64,000 nt of DNA from positions 1,302,001 through 1,366,000 of the forward strand of contig MU057202.1 of NCBI GenBank assembly GCA_013239625.1, read 5' to 3'. Every line of letters begins with the position of its first letter. Positions within the stretch are counted from its first letter, which is position 1. Position numbers and translations under genes: made by a program. The notes under the pieces are model-generated. The model had not been told where the DNA came from, ran no database searches, and worked only from the letters and a program-made list of their open reading frames with translations. The DNA is from Lama guanicoe. Taxonomy: Eukaryota. Below are positions 1 to 12,368 of this stretch, piece after piece.

Positions 1-1086
1 ATGCTGCCCTGGCCCACGCCTCAGTCCCCCTCCCCCAGAATCGTGCCGGCGTGGCCTCCCTGCCTGCCCACCTGCTTCCTTGTAAAACTGTTTTATTTGC
101 TGCCTCCTTGCCATCCATTTCCTTCTCACACCAAATGTAAGTAATTCTCTTGAGCTCCAGCTGTGTTCCAGGCACTGTGCAAGGCTCTTTCTGGTTTAGT
201 GTCATGTTTCGTCCTCACTTTAAAGCTTGGGAAGGGACTGTGTTGCTTGCATGTCAACAGCTGGCAGAACTGGGGCCCAGCGAGCGGGGAGGCCATTTGC
301 TCCGCCAGGCCGCAGCCCCTCAGGCTTAGCCCAGGGCTCTTTCCTCGGGCCCGCTCCCCACCCCACTCCCATCCCTCCCGAAGGCCAGTGGGCTCTCTCA
401 GAAACCATGTTTTCAATTGGCTTTGTGGCTGATTCTGGAATGAGGTTGACACAAAGATGACCGGGAAGTCGTGTTTAGGAAGCGACGGTGAAGAAGTCAG
501 CTGAGGCTGTGGGAGCTCAGCGGCTGGAGACGGTGGGCGGAGGGGGGGGGAGGCAGTTTCACCACAGCTGCCCGAGGCCTTGAATGCCAAGCCAGGAACT
601 CAGCTGGCGCTGCTGGGACTGGAAGTACTTTCCTGCTGGGAACAGAAGCTGTGAGGACAGGTTGCTCCGGAACAGAGGGGATGTTTCTGGTTGGTTTTTG
701 CTTACTTGACATTATTGAAACTGGCGCGTGTGCCGTTGATTTTGGCCACGTTTTCTGCCACCACCCCTCCACCCTGGAAGTTTCCGCTGCTGCCTGGGAA
801 GGCAGAGCTGGGAGTCTGCACCCCATACCCCCTCAATGTCAGCCTGCCAGTAGGCAGGACGTGGAGCTGAGGCTCAGAGTGCTCTGCGATGTCATGAAAG
901 CCGGCTAGAATAAGACCACTCAGGGGCATGTTCTCGCCCGGCTTTACACTGCAAATGTTGACAGTAGGAAGATGTGGCCAGGTTTCTCTCAAATATGAAA
1001 AATGGGAACTAGGCATGTGAGTGCGGAAATGAAAACTGCCTCTCCCCCCAGCAGCAGCGTGGAGGGGGAGGTGCCTGCCAGCCCCT

Positions 1087-1140
1087 GGCAAGCAGTTGAC
1101 TTCTCTGAGCCTCAGTTTCTTCATCCGGGCAGTGGAGTGG
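1087..1140 (+). mobile_element. MIR fragment
   Basis: ggcaagcagttgacttctctgagcctcagtttcttcatc. Confidence 0.65.
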
Positions 1141-2944
1141 CGCTGCCCCAAGGGGCCCTGAGCACAGCAGGGGTTGTGTCCTCCCACAGCTGCAAATCGG
1201 AGGTGAGCACACACGAGTGGGGAAGAAGCCCTGGGCCTTCCTTGCAAACTGTCTTCTTGCCAGAAGCTGCAGCCTGGGGGCCACTTTCCCCACGATGACT
1301 CAGCCAGCAGCCAGGGGGAGGGACGGGTGAGGGGGAGTGGCCTGAGGCTCTGCTTACCTGGCAGGGCCCAGCCAGGCCCACCACGAGGGTGTGGACTCCG
1401 GCCTCATGGTCTTGACCTGGAAAGGCCTTGTGACTCCCATTAAATGCCTGGGCCCCTGTGTGGGTAGGGAGCCAGGGGGGTTTGTGCTTGACCTGTGGTG
1501 AGGCCACCAGGCCAGGGTCTGCCAGTTGGTATCCTGCAGGGAACAGCAGGCGTGTTGTGGGGGTGGGGTCGCGGTCGCGGGTGGCAGAGAAGTTCAGAAC
1601 TACCAGCCTCAGGACCTCCGTGGACCTCTGGCAGCCTGGGCTGCCTCCTCCAGGAGCCGCTGCCTCCCTGAGGGTCTGAGCAACCCCCTCATCCATCCAC
1701 CCTCCCCTGCCATGGCCTGGCCCCGCTGTATAAAGTTTAAAGGTTTTAAATGCAAATATTTCTCTTTTATAGATGCCAGCTGTCTCCAGAGAGCGCGTTT
1801 CCTCGCTGCTCAACTTTATTGTCCAATTAGCTTCCCATATCTGGGTACTGAGAAGCCTAGGNNNNNNNNNNNNNNNNNNNNNNNNNNNNNNNNNNNNNNN
1901 NNNNNNNNNNNNNNNNNNNNNNNNTGGAAGCTGCCCCCAGGGGACTGTGTCTGGGGGAGGTTGGGGGGCCCGGGTCAGAGTGGGGAGGGGGTGGGCATCC
2001 TTCCCAAGTTTGGGGGGGCATCTTCAGATTCCAGGCAAGGAGAGGCAGGAGCTGAGCCGGGGCAGCTCATGGTGGGAGTATTCTTTTATTAAAAAATAAA
2101 AATAAAAGCAGCCAGCCCCGCGCACACTGGCTTCCTTTTAGTCCCTCTAGAGTGTCCCCCCTCCCCGCCTGCTTTCTAGCCGTGCGGCGGCTTCCCCATT
2201 CACCGGGGCTCAGCGGCTCACAAAGCGAGGCAATTAGAATTGAAAATCTATGCAAAACAGCTGTTAACTGATTGTAAAGGAGTGCAGCTGTGAGCTGGGT
2301 GCAGCTTGGAAGCCGGCGCTGAAAGGGCAGGAAATGTTGGGGCAGCCCAGGGTTAAGAGGCAAACTCCTGCCACCTCGTCCACAGGGGTCGTCTGGGCCT
2401 TAACCCTTCCTGCTCCCTGGAGGCGACCTTGGCCACTGGACAGCCAGCCGAGATGTCGAGGCAGTGGGGACTTCCCTGGCCAGGCCTAGACGTGCCCCCC
2501 GCCCCAGTCCCTGGAGAGCTTGGCTCCTCCCTAGGAGGGCAGGCCTGGGGAGGGAAGGGGAGGGGGAAGGAGAGGGGCTGCCAGGGTTTTCCCTCCCTTT
2601 TTATCCTTTCGGCGGGTCTGCGTGAAATGTGAGTGTGCAGAGGCCGGCTGGAGGCTGGGGCTGTGTCACTTCCCCACTGGGCACCGACTCTCTCTTGGGG
2701 GGAGGGGAGTCCGGGGCTCCAGTCATCACAGGGAGGCACAGGACCCCCACCCCCCCCACCGCCCCTAGCTTGCTAAGGATGCGCTCCCTGGCCCTGACCC
2801 AGACCGTAGGGTGGCCTGGGAACCTGTATTTCGCACACTGTTCTCCCACCCCTCCTCTCCGTTATCTGAGACCCGCTGCCCTGTGCGATCTCTATCTAAG
2901 AGTGGGACGCAGTCCCTGGAGAGATGAATTCTAGAGGCAGGGAT

Positions 2945-3060
2945 GGGAAAAGCCTTCTTGGAAGAGATAAGATTTAAGCTGGGCTTTGAAGAATGGAGAG
3001 GATTTCTGGACCAGTGATAGCTGGCTAGAGAGAGAAAGGGGACTTCAGTGTACAAGTAAT
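2945..3060 (-). mobile_element. L2 LINE remnant
   Basis: gggaaaagccttcttggaagagataagatttaagctgggctttgaagaatggagaggattt resembles the antisense L2 3' region. Confidence 0.5.
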
Positions 3061-3882
3061 GGAGGTTTGGCCACAGGGCAGGGCAGGAGGGGCTGGGGAT
3101 GGAGGGGGCGTCTGGGCAGGCCCCTTGCCCCTCAGCCCTTGGTGCTCCTGGTGGTGCCCTCTGCATCAGTGGCCTTGGGGTGCGTGGACCACTCATGCAG
3201 AGGGATGGCACAGATCCCAGGGTGCTGGGCTCTGGGTCCCTCAGTCCCCTGGAAGGGAGAATGGTTTTCAGACACTGGGACAGCCAGCAGAGATGCTGCA
3301 GCCACCCCTTCCCCATGTATCTGCAGCAGAGGCTACGGAGAAATGTTGCTAGGTGTAGGCGACACCCCCAGTCTGGATCAGGCTTGGGGTCGAAATTGTG
3401 AGCCCTAGATGAGTCAATTAACTGTCTTGGGTCTCCTCACCGGGCTTTGTGATGGAGATCAGGAGGCCACCTTGCAGGGCCCTAGAGGATTAAGTGACAG
3501 GAGCTGAGCTGCCTTGGCACATGTTAGGTATCTGGTAAACGGCAGAAGGGAACCTCCCTTCTCACCCACACTGAAGTCCAGGTCCCTGACGCTTGTCTGC
3601 CAATTCAGATGCTGAATGGGGTGTCTAGGGTGATGGAAAAATGATGGTGACATGCAGCCCTTATGTGCTAGGAACAGCTGGTTAGGGTGGAGGACACTGT
3701 TAGACCATGAGTCCTGTGGATCGGTGGCAGGAAGATAAAGAACAGGACTGCAGAACCCCCTTCCCTGGTATCCAGGGCCCATCATAGACCAGGGGCTGGA
3801 CCTGTGCTGAGACTCAGTGGAGGACAGTGGCAGGTAGTGCCTCCAACCCCTGGGAACCTTACTTGGCCCAGGACGGCCCCTG

Positions 3883-3903
3883 GGTGGTGGTGGTGGTGGT
3901 GGT
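3883..3903. repeat. (GGT)7 microsatellite
   Basis: Seen directly. Confidence 0.9.
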
Positions 3904-4951
3904 GAGGGGTAAGTTGCCAACCCGCCCTCCTGTCTTCTCAATTCCTTGCTGCCTCAAAGTACCCCTCCTATCAGCACCCTCCCCCTTGGGCCTGGCATTT
4001 TCAGTTGTGTATCTGGGAAGGCTAGTGTGTTTGCTGAGTGACAAATGTCCACCATGTTGGTTAGAGTCAACCCTTTCTTCCCAGGAGATCCCTTGTCAGT
4101 CCCGGGCTTCAGTGGGTAAGTTTAACAGGCTCCTGAGGCTTTTCCTTAACTGAGGGCTTTTTCATGCCTTTGGCTGGGTAGGTTTCCCAAGTCCCAAGCT
4201 CCTGGATGTGGGCTGGATTTCACAAGGACGCGCCTGAGTAAGTGCTCAGAGCCAGGTTGAGGGCCTTCTGACCCCTGCTTCCTGCTCCAGGAGGCACTGT
4301 TCACTGACCTGAGTCTGGGGGTGCGGGCAGGCACTTGCCAGCAATCTATCGCCTCTGGTGAGCAGGGTCATCAGGGCAGGTGTCCTCAGTCTGGGAAGTG
4401 TCCCCCTACAGCCCCCCATAGGATTGGCCCCAGCCTTGGGTAAAACTTGCCCTCTTACACTGGACCTCCTCTTTCTGCCAGGTTTCCAGGCATATGGGAA
4501 TGAGGGAGAGGAGTGCAAGGAGGGAGCACTTTGCCAAGGAAGAACTCACGACTGGCTGCGGGGTGGGAGCTGCCGAGGAGGAGAAAGAACACGCCTGGAG
4601 GGAAATGGAGGGTGGCCAGCCTGAGATTAGGAGTCAAGCTACAAACCTCGTTAGTGAGGAGTGCGCGGGCTGCGGGAGAGCAATTCCCACCCTTAAGCTC
4701 GGAGGCCAGCTCCCGGATTACTAATTTCCTCCGGCCGGGCGCACTGACAGTGAGTGTCATCCATCTCCCCCGTGCCAGCCCGCCTGGTGGCTGCCAGCAT
4801 TTTCTAGCCAGGGCACGCACAGCCAGCTCGCTGCTGCCTCCCGGCGGTCGCTGGGGTTGTCTGCAGCTCCCAGCCGCCTCCGCCGGCTGTGCTGCGAACA
4901 GGGAGACTCCAGGTGCGAGCAGTTCCCAGCCAGAAACCATCGCAACAGTGC

Positions 4952-5003
4952 CTACGTGACCTTGAGCAACTCTGGCCTCAACTTCCTCATCTTTGAAATG
5001 GGG
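4952..5003 (+). mobile_element. MIR fragment
   Basis: gtgaccttgagcaactctggcctcaacttcctcatctttgaaatgggg. Confidence 0.65.
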
Positions 5004-5479
5004 CTCAGATTGCCCGTCTCGCAATCCAGTGTAACCAGATGTCTGCAAGAGAGGGATCGGCCAGTTCTAAAAAGTAGCCAAATGATAAACCGCAGTGGCC
5101 ACCCCACAGATTTTTTGTTCTACCATTGTGATCCTTCTCAAACAGGTGGAAGAACTTGACCTTTCCCCAACACCACCACCGGGGGCCCCCCAAAGAAGAA
5201 GGGAAATAATCGCGAGTCCATGTCCTGGTGTGAGAGATTTGGAGGTTGGGCCTGGGTGTCCAGACTGGAGGCTGGGCTGGGAGGAGACTCCTGGGCAGGT
5301 GCGAGTTGTTTCATTTGCAAGTTACTCCCCTCCCCCCACAGCCTGTAATCTAGGTGGGAAAGGGCTGGAACCGCCCCCAGAGGTTTTTAATTTTGTTTTT
5401 CAGGCCCTAGGCCGGTAGTTGGTCTCTCAACTCCTCCCTCCCCTCCCCCCACCCGAGACTCTAGACCGGGATGGAGGCA

Positions 5480-8400
5480 CCCCTTCCCCCACGTCCTGGC
5501 CGCCAGGGCCGCGGTGAATATGCCGGCCACTGCTGGGGATAAATTACCGGAGGCCGCGCTGCGGAGACACCGTGTGGTGCCTAAATTAACAGCGTCGGGC
5601 AGAGGCCTAGGCCCCCTGGAGGGAGGCTAGGCCCGGAGCGAGGCGGGTGGTGGAGGAGAAGCGCCCCTCCCACATGGTGCCAAGGCCGGCCAGCGCCCGC
5701 AGGTAGGAGCCAGTAACGGCCCCCGGCCTCGCGGGTCCGTTTCCCTTTTCGTTTGTGGTCGGCCAGGAGACTTGTGCAAGGAGAGGGGCCGACCCGCGGT
5801 GGAAGGTGGATCAGGGGAATGAGTGGTTTGGGGGCGCCTGTCCGGGCTCTGCCCCTCGGCCCCCCGCGGGCACACAGGCGGGTTCTCCTCCCTGCTGGCG
5901 CGGGCTCCGAATGCTCCAGGCCCGCCAGCGTCATCGGGAACAGATGGATGGGGGGTGGCAGGCGCCCAGCGCTCCCTCCCGTCGCAATCCGGACTGGCGC
6001 GAGGAGGGAGGGAGAGGGAGGAGGGAAGGCGGGGGAGGCTGGGCCCGCGGGGACGGCTGCGTGCGCGCCTGCCAAGCGCGGCGCGGGCATGTCCCGGGGC
6101 AGGTTTGGGGCTGGCAGAAGCGCGGGCTGGCACCGGAGGGCGAAAGTTGAAACCCGCAGCGCGGCGCTAGGGCGGCTGCTTGGGGCGGTGCGGGAGGGGG
6201 CGGTGGGTACTGGTTTGCCTCCGGGCTTAAAGGTGTGAAAGCTGTAGATTAGAGAATTTTCAAAAGGAGTTGTACAGGGAGAGACCCGGGGGCATCTGAG
6301 CAACGCTGGGAGCTTTGGACGCCCGCGAGGTCAGAGCCCTGGGGCGCCGGAACGCGCCAGGGCCAGGGGCGTCGGGCGAGGCCTGCCCCATTAACCCGGC
6401 GCTTCCTGGAGACGCGGGCCGCGTGGGGGGTGGGCTCGAGGCGGGTCGACGGCGCCGCTGCTGGTGGGGGCGGGGCGGAGCCAGGAGGTGGGGAGGCTGG
6501 GGCCGCAGTCCTTCGCCGTGCCGCCTGTGGGTGCCCAGGAATTTCAGGACGCTCCCTGAGTCATTCCAGTCTGTCAAGTGCCTGGGTGAGGTAGGGTGGG
6601 GTGGGGGGGGTGCCAGGAATGGGGAGGCGCTGCTCCGGGGCCAGAGGCCCAGTGGGTCGTGCCAGTTTCTGGAGGCGGGCGGCCTCGCCTCCGACCGCAA
6701 CCCCAGCTACTTAATGATCCCCCTGGCGGAGCGGCGCCTCCGTGGACTCTCCAGCCGCTGGGACATGGGTTCTTAAAAGAACTACCCCCGCCCTTCCCCG
6801 CACTGTGGCCTTCCCAAAAGTTACTTAAAACAAAACGAGAAAGGGGAGTTCCTAGAATTTTGAGAGGAAGGCACGTAGGCCCGAGTTCTTAACATTCAGC
6901 CATTTCAAGTTGGGGTAGTAAGGGCTGGGGGTGGGGAGGATAAACGCACAGCCTATCTTGTACTACCCTCCCACCCCCAGCACACACACTCCGGCTCCGA
7001 GAAAGTTTTCCTCCAAAAGGCCTCCAGGAACACGTGAGTTTATCCGTTCATTCCTTGTTGGGCGTGCTTGTTCCAGACAGTTTTAGGCGCCGGGGAAGCG
7101 GTCGTGAGACGCATAAGGGCTCTTCTCGCTTGGCGGGCGTATTGGAAGTGACTGCTCACTACTTTTGGACTCAAGTGGCTAGGCTTGGACACCAGTGTAT
7201 CGCGGACCCCTGACCAGTCGAGCCAGGGACCCCCGAGAGCCTGAGGGTGGCACTTCCCCTACCAGCTGGTGTCCTCGGCTCACCTGGCCGGCCTGGCTGG
7301 GGAGGGGCGTGTGCCCGCGCGGGTGTACCCGGGCGTCCGTCGGTGCGCGCGCGCGTGTTTGCGGCTGAAACCCGACGCCTCCCGCTGGCTGAGGTCAGGG
7401 AGCCGGGAGCGAGCCAGTGGCCCGGGAGTGGGCGGCGTTGCGCTTNNNNNNNNNNNNNNNNNNNNNNNNNNNNNNNNNNNNNNNNNNNNNNNNNNNNNNN
7501 NNNNNNNNNNNNNNNNNNNNNNNNNNNNNNNNNNNNNNNNNNNNNNNNNNNNNNNNNNNNNNNNNNNNNNNNNNNNNNNNNNNNNNNNNNNNNNNNNNNN
7601 NNNNNNNNNNNNGGCGGAGCTGCGGGGCCCTGGCATGAAAGGTGAGCGCGCCGCTCCGGGCAGGGGGCGGGGGGGGCGGTCTCCGCGCTCCCTCCCTCCC
7701 CAGCGCCCCCCTCTCCTCCAAGTTCGCGGGTTCCGCGGGGGCGGCCGCCAACGGCTCCAGGGCAACTTCCCCCAGAGTGTGAGCGGCGATAAGAGCTGAG
7801 CGGACAGGCAAGCGACCAAAGCACCCCCCCGCCCGCGGCGGGTCGCAGCCTGGGCCGCCTGGCTCCGGGTGGGGGCTCGAGCCGCCGCAGGCTCGGGCTC
7901 GGTGGCTGCGTTCAGCGAGGGACGCTTAAGAGCTCGCGGGTGGGGAGCTGGGGGGCTCTCGGTGAGCTGTCGACACTCTGAAGCCGGAGTGAAAACTTTG
8001 CGGCGGCGGGGGAGGGATCGAGGGGGGAGGCGGTGCGCCCCCGTGGCAGGTGCTGGCGGCGGCTGGGGAGGGGGTTGCTCGCCGCCTGGGGCTGCGCCGT
8101 TTGGCTTTTTGTCTTGCTCCCCTCCCCCTTTCCTCGGAGCGAGGGAGACCGCCGGGAGGGCGGGACTGCAGCCTCCCAGGTCTCCGACCCCCACGCCCTG
8201 CTTCCCAAGGGCGCGCCCCGGGCTCCGTCGCTTCTCTCCTCCCTCTGCCCACCCCTCCCCCCACCTCGTTGGAGCAGTTCCCCTGCCCCTCCCCCTGCTG
8301 AAGATGGCTGCCCCGGCCTCGGAGGTGGGAGGTGATTGCATCCGCTGCCCCCTACTCGCGCTGCCCTTTTTTCCTCCCCGGCCCTTCCTGCCCCGCCTGG

Positions 8401-8800
8401 ATGCGCCTCCCCGCCCCCAGCTCGGCTGCCGCGCTGATGGGCGGCGAGTGGCCCGACCGAGTGGAGCCGATTCAATTATATTGCAGCACCAGAGACACCT
8501 CCTCGGCCGCCCGCCCGCCTCTCCAGCAGGCTAATTAAATTCCCTTCGTGGAGGCGGAGCGGGAGTTGTGCTCACCCTCCGGAGCTCTGGAGGGGGGGCC
8601 GGGGACCACTTAGGAGTGCGCAGTGGAGGTTGAGTCGCGGGTCTTGGGGAGAAAGGGTTTCCCGGATTGGATGAAGGGTTGCTGGGACGCCCCCACGTGA
8701 TGTGCCGGGGCTCCTTGCTCGAGCGCTGGCTTTAAGTTTGGAGGGCTGTGCGCTCGGCGGGGAAGCACCTGCTGGGTGGTGGATACCAGCCGAGTTGAGT
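5480..8800. promoter_or_regulatory. GSE1: CpG island / GSE1 promoter region
   Basis: Very GC- and CpG-dense, with GC boxes (GGGCGG), surrounding the first coding exon. Boundaries judged by eye. Confidence 0.85.
7635..7641 (+). CDS. GSE1: GSE1 coding exon 1 (ATG AAA G; M-K-G)
   Basis: ggcATGAAAG|gtgagc: good donor at 7642, phase 1. Matches the recalled N-terminus MKG. The 5' UTR is partly in N-run 7446-7612. Confidence 0.85.
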
Positions 8801-9834
8801 CGATTTGGCTCCTGTTTTGTAAACTAGCCTTTGTCTGCGGAGTGCGTCTAAAATACATTAAACCCTTGTTAACCCCTGCAGTGCCTTATCTGGGGCCCAC
8901 ACAGGCTGTGGTTTGGAAACAAAAAGCGGGACCACCAGACGAAAAAAAAAAGGGCTGCTTTTGTGAAAGACTGGAACAAAGGGCCCAGCGGATTCTGGGT
9001 GGGAACCTCCCCGCTTAAGCCGATTTCCAAGCAGAGGGGCAGAGGGTCGGAAGGTCTTGGTGAGGCACTTAGAAATGTCCCCTGGTTGGCTGGCTGGGTC
9101 CTCTCCCCTGGGATTCTGAGCTGCCACCCCGCCCGCCCGCCCTCCATGGAAAGTGAAGGGACCAAGGTGAGCAGGCTGCCTCTGGGTGTTAGTTAGGCTT
9201 GGGGCATGTAAGTGTTGCTCAGCCTGTGTTTACGGGCTGCCTCCACCCGTAGGGACGGTGGAACCTGACTCAGCTGGGCCACGCCACAGGTGAGGGGGCC
9301 CAGGGCGCAGGCTCCGACTGGCCGCCTGTGTGTCATCCCAGCTGTTGGCTGTTCAGGGGCGTTACCGCCGTGCCCTGGCCCTGGTGGACTAGGAAGCTCG
9401 CAGGCCTGGCTCAGAGATAACAGCTGCATGGATACTTCACATCAGCCCCTATCAGTGCAGCCCTGATGCCAGGGTGAGTGCTGTGGGATTGGCTTTTGTC
9501 ACATTGTCTCAGAGCAGGAGTAGACCCCGCACTGCAGTGAGGAGGGAACGGGGCCTCAGGAGCCAGCCAGCCAGAGTTTTGACACTTCAAGCTTCCTTTA
9601 TGTGAACTTTGGGGGCGGTGCAGAGTCTGGAGCTGGTGAGCAGCCAGGGTGGTGACCCAGGGTCAGCCCCGCCTTGGGAAGGGAGGCTGGGAGGCCCATC
9701 GTATCTGTGGGGCCAGGCTCTGAACAAGGTAACAGGCAGTCCTTGACAGCACAGGCCCTGACCTGTTGCGGACAGCTTCCGGAATCCTGAAACTCCTTGT
9801 TGCAGTTGAGATGGGTTTATAGATCCTGCAACCT

Positions 9835-9975
9835 GGTTTTCTACAGTTGCGGGTGGCCAGGCCTCCCCAAGCCCAGTGAAGCTACTGCCTCTGGGTTCGC
9901 GGCCCCTGCCTGGGGAGTTCTCGGGGGTCCCCAGGTGATTCTCCTGTGCAGACTGGCACTGAGAATCAGAGCCTA
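9835..9975. mobile_element. MER5-like hAT DNA transposon remnant
   Basis: ccccaggtgattctcctgtgcagactggcactgagaatca resembles the MER5A end. Confidence 0.4.
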
Positions 9976-11364
9976 AGCTCACTGCTAGAAGCAGCTGCTC
10001 CCTTTGGAACTCAGATTCCTTTGTCGAGCCATGCCCTTATGCAGTCCTTCGGCCTCTAATAACTTCCCTGCCTGTGTGGGAAGATCAGGAGCTGCAGTTC
10101 CGAGAGAGCCTTGGGGTTTGGGAGCAGAAGCCTCCAGCCCCTGGGTTCAGCATCTCTGGCCAGAGGAGCCAAACTCTGCACAGCGCCACTCTGTGGCCAC
10201 CGTGGGTCTTGCACCTCCAAGCCTGACACCTCCCCAGTCCACTCAGTCCCCAACGGCCCTTGACCCTTTGGCAGGAGTTGTCTCTGCTTCTCCTGCTCTG
10301 AAGGAAGAAGGATTTCTGGGCTTGGAGCCCCTACCAGAGGGGTGGGTGCCTGCAGCTCTCACTTCCCCAGAAGAACGTGGGTGAGCAAGACCTGGCTGCT
10401 ACCTCTCTCCTCTTGCCCCAGGAACTCGTAGGGGCTTGTGGAGTCAGCCAGCAAGGCAGGTTTTTCCTGGCCCCATCCGAAGGCTTGGAATTCCCAGCCT
10501 GGGTTACTCGAAGTCTGTGCCGGGCTGGGGCTGGGTGGTAGCTCGTCAGTTCCCTCTGTTGTGGCAACACAGCAGCCTCCAAACCACAGGGCGGCCTGAG
10601 GCCGGCCCGCCCGGCTTCCATGCTGTGCTGGGGGAGCTGTTTTTCCAACCTGCAGGGATCTGTGCTTCGGGTGACATTTCAGCTTGGCCACTCGCTTTAA
10701 TTTCTCTCCTCTCTCGCTGAGTGTGGTGCGGGTTGCTGAGCCGCTGGCTCCACTTTCCAGCACTGGCCTTTCTCCTCATCCGAGGCCACAGGCAGGAGGT
10801 GACGTTTGGGAGCATTCTAGTCAATGAGAATTTATTGAGCTGGGACGTGCACACACAGGTAACTCTCTCTGCCTGCCTGCCAAAATGGGGGGGGGGCGGG
10901 TGGCTTTAATCTCGCCTCTGTAGCGTCTTTCCCCCACTGGCCTCTTGGCTTGTGCCCCTGCTCCAGCAGGATGAAACCTCAGGGGTTCATACTCAGTGCC
11001 TTGTCTCCCTGTCTTTGCTGGGGCTCTCCTCTGCCTGGAATTCTCCACTTAGCTCCACATCCCGGGGGTCCCTGAGACCAGCTGCCCCTCCCTTCCTGAT
11101 GCCTTGAGCACGTTCAGAGAGGAAGCCACTTACAGGGCTGGGGGAAGTGAGAGCAGCATCTGGAGAGGGTGGGATGGAGGCCAGGCCTGGAGAGAAGGGG
11201 AGGGTACCAGAGTTCGCACACATCTGGGGGAAGAGGGGAATTTGGGTGAACTTGAGGCTTGGGGGGGTCCCTGTGGGACTTGGGGGTCTCCAGGAGGTGA
11301 CTTTTAACTGAGGAAGGAGGTGTATGGGGAGCAGGAAGCCCCCAGCCCAGGTGCTTGCCTACAC

Positions 11365-11480
11365 TTCAGACTCACCTGGGGAACTTTAAAACGCCCAGGC
11401 TGGGTCTGTGACCAAACAAGACCCAAATCTCTAGGGGTGGGGCGCAGACGTCTGCGTTCTGTAAACCCCCAGCTGAGCTG
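11365..11480. mobile_element. MER5-like hAT DNA transposon remnant
   Basis: cagactcacctggggaactttaaaacgcccaggctggg...aatctctaggggtggggc. Confidence 0.45.
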
Positions 11481-12289
11481 AAAGGGCCTTCTGCTGGGGG
11501 TTGGGAGGAGGAGATAGGAGGACTTCCTTTCCATGGGGAAGGTGGGGGGCGGAGATTTTAAAATTTATTTTTAACCTAAGTATGGGCTGATGCTTCTTGA
11601 GACCTGGGGTCTCACTTGGGAAGCTGGAGTCTGCCCTCTGTGCCCCAGAATTGCATAGGACCGAGCACCCCTCCCCTGGCTGGGCAGGCAGTGGATAAAC
11701 AGTGCCCAAGACTCCGTCACTGGGTCGCTGGCTGCCTCGGGCTTTGCATTGACCTAGGGTAAAATCCTGAAGGTAGGTGTCCTTCCTGCCCCAGGTGAGC
11801 TGGGAGCCCCTCTCCTAGTGAGGCTGTCCAGTGCAGAGGTGGATTTGGGTGGGTGGCTTCTGTGTCTGTTTGGAGCTCTGGCCAAGCCTTCCAGTTCTGG
11901 AACTGGTTCCTCCAGCTGGAGAACTTGACTTGTGTGAAGAGTTGCACGTTGCCGTGACTTTGAGGCTGGCTGCCAGACCCAGGATAGGAGCGTCCCACAT
12001 GGGCAAGTGGTAACGTAGGTCCTCCCACCATAACCAGCTGTCTCCCCTCTAGCTGTTCCCCACCTGTAGACTGGGGGTGCAGAGGCCTTTTCGGAATTGA
12101 GGATTTAGATGACAGAACGTAAACTGCATGCTTGCCCTGAAGGGGTCCGTGCAGGGGAAGGGCTGAAGACCTCGGGGACCTGGGGTGAGCCCCCGGTGTC
12201 TGCTCTTCCTCCCGTGGCTCTGTGGGGCAGTCCCTGGCCAGGGCGTTAGCATTCACCTGTGGCTCAACCCCCACAGCCTTGCATGCTTT

Positions 12290-12368
12290 GCTTCTGGGCC
12301 TTGGTTTCCTCATCTGTCAAGCAGGGATGACAGGCGCCTCGTTCTCGGGCTGTTGAGGGTTAAATGCT
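12290..12368 (+). mobile_element. MIR fragment
   Basis: ttctgggccttggtttcctcatctgtcaagcagggatga...gggctgttgagggttaaatg. Confidence 0.65.

Noticed and set aside
7171-8534. 200-350 aa ORFs across the promoter
   Set aside because: Pro/Gly/Arg/Ala-rich translations typical of stop-poor CpG islands; several span Ns.
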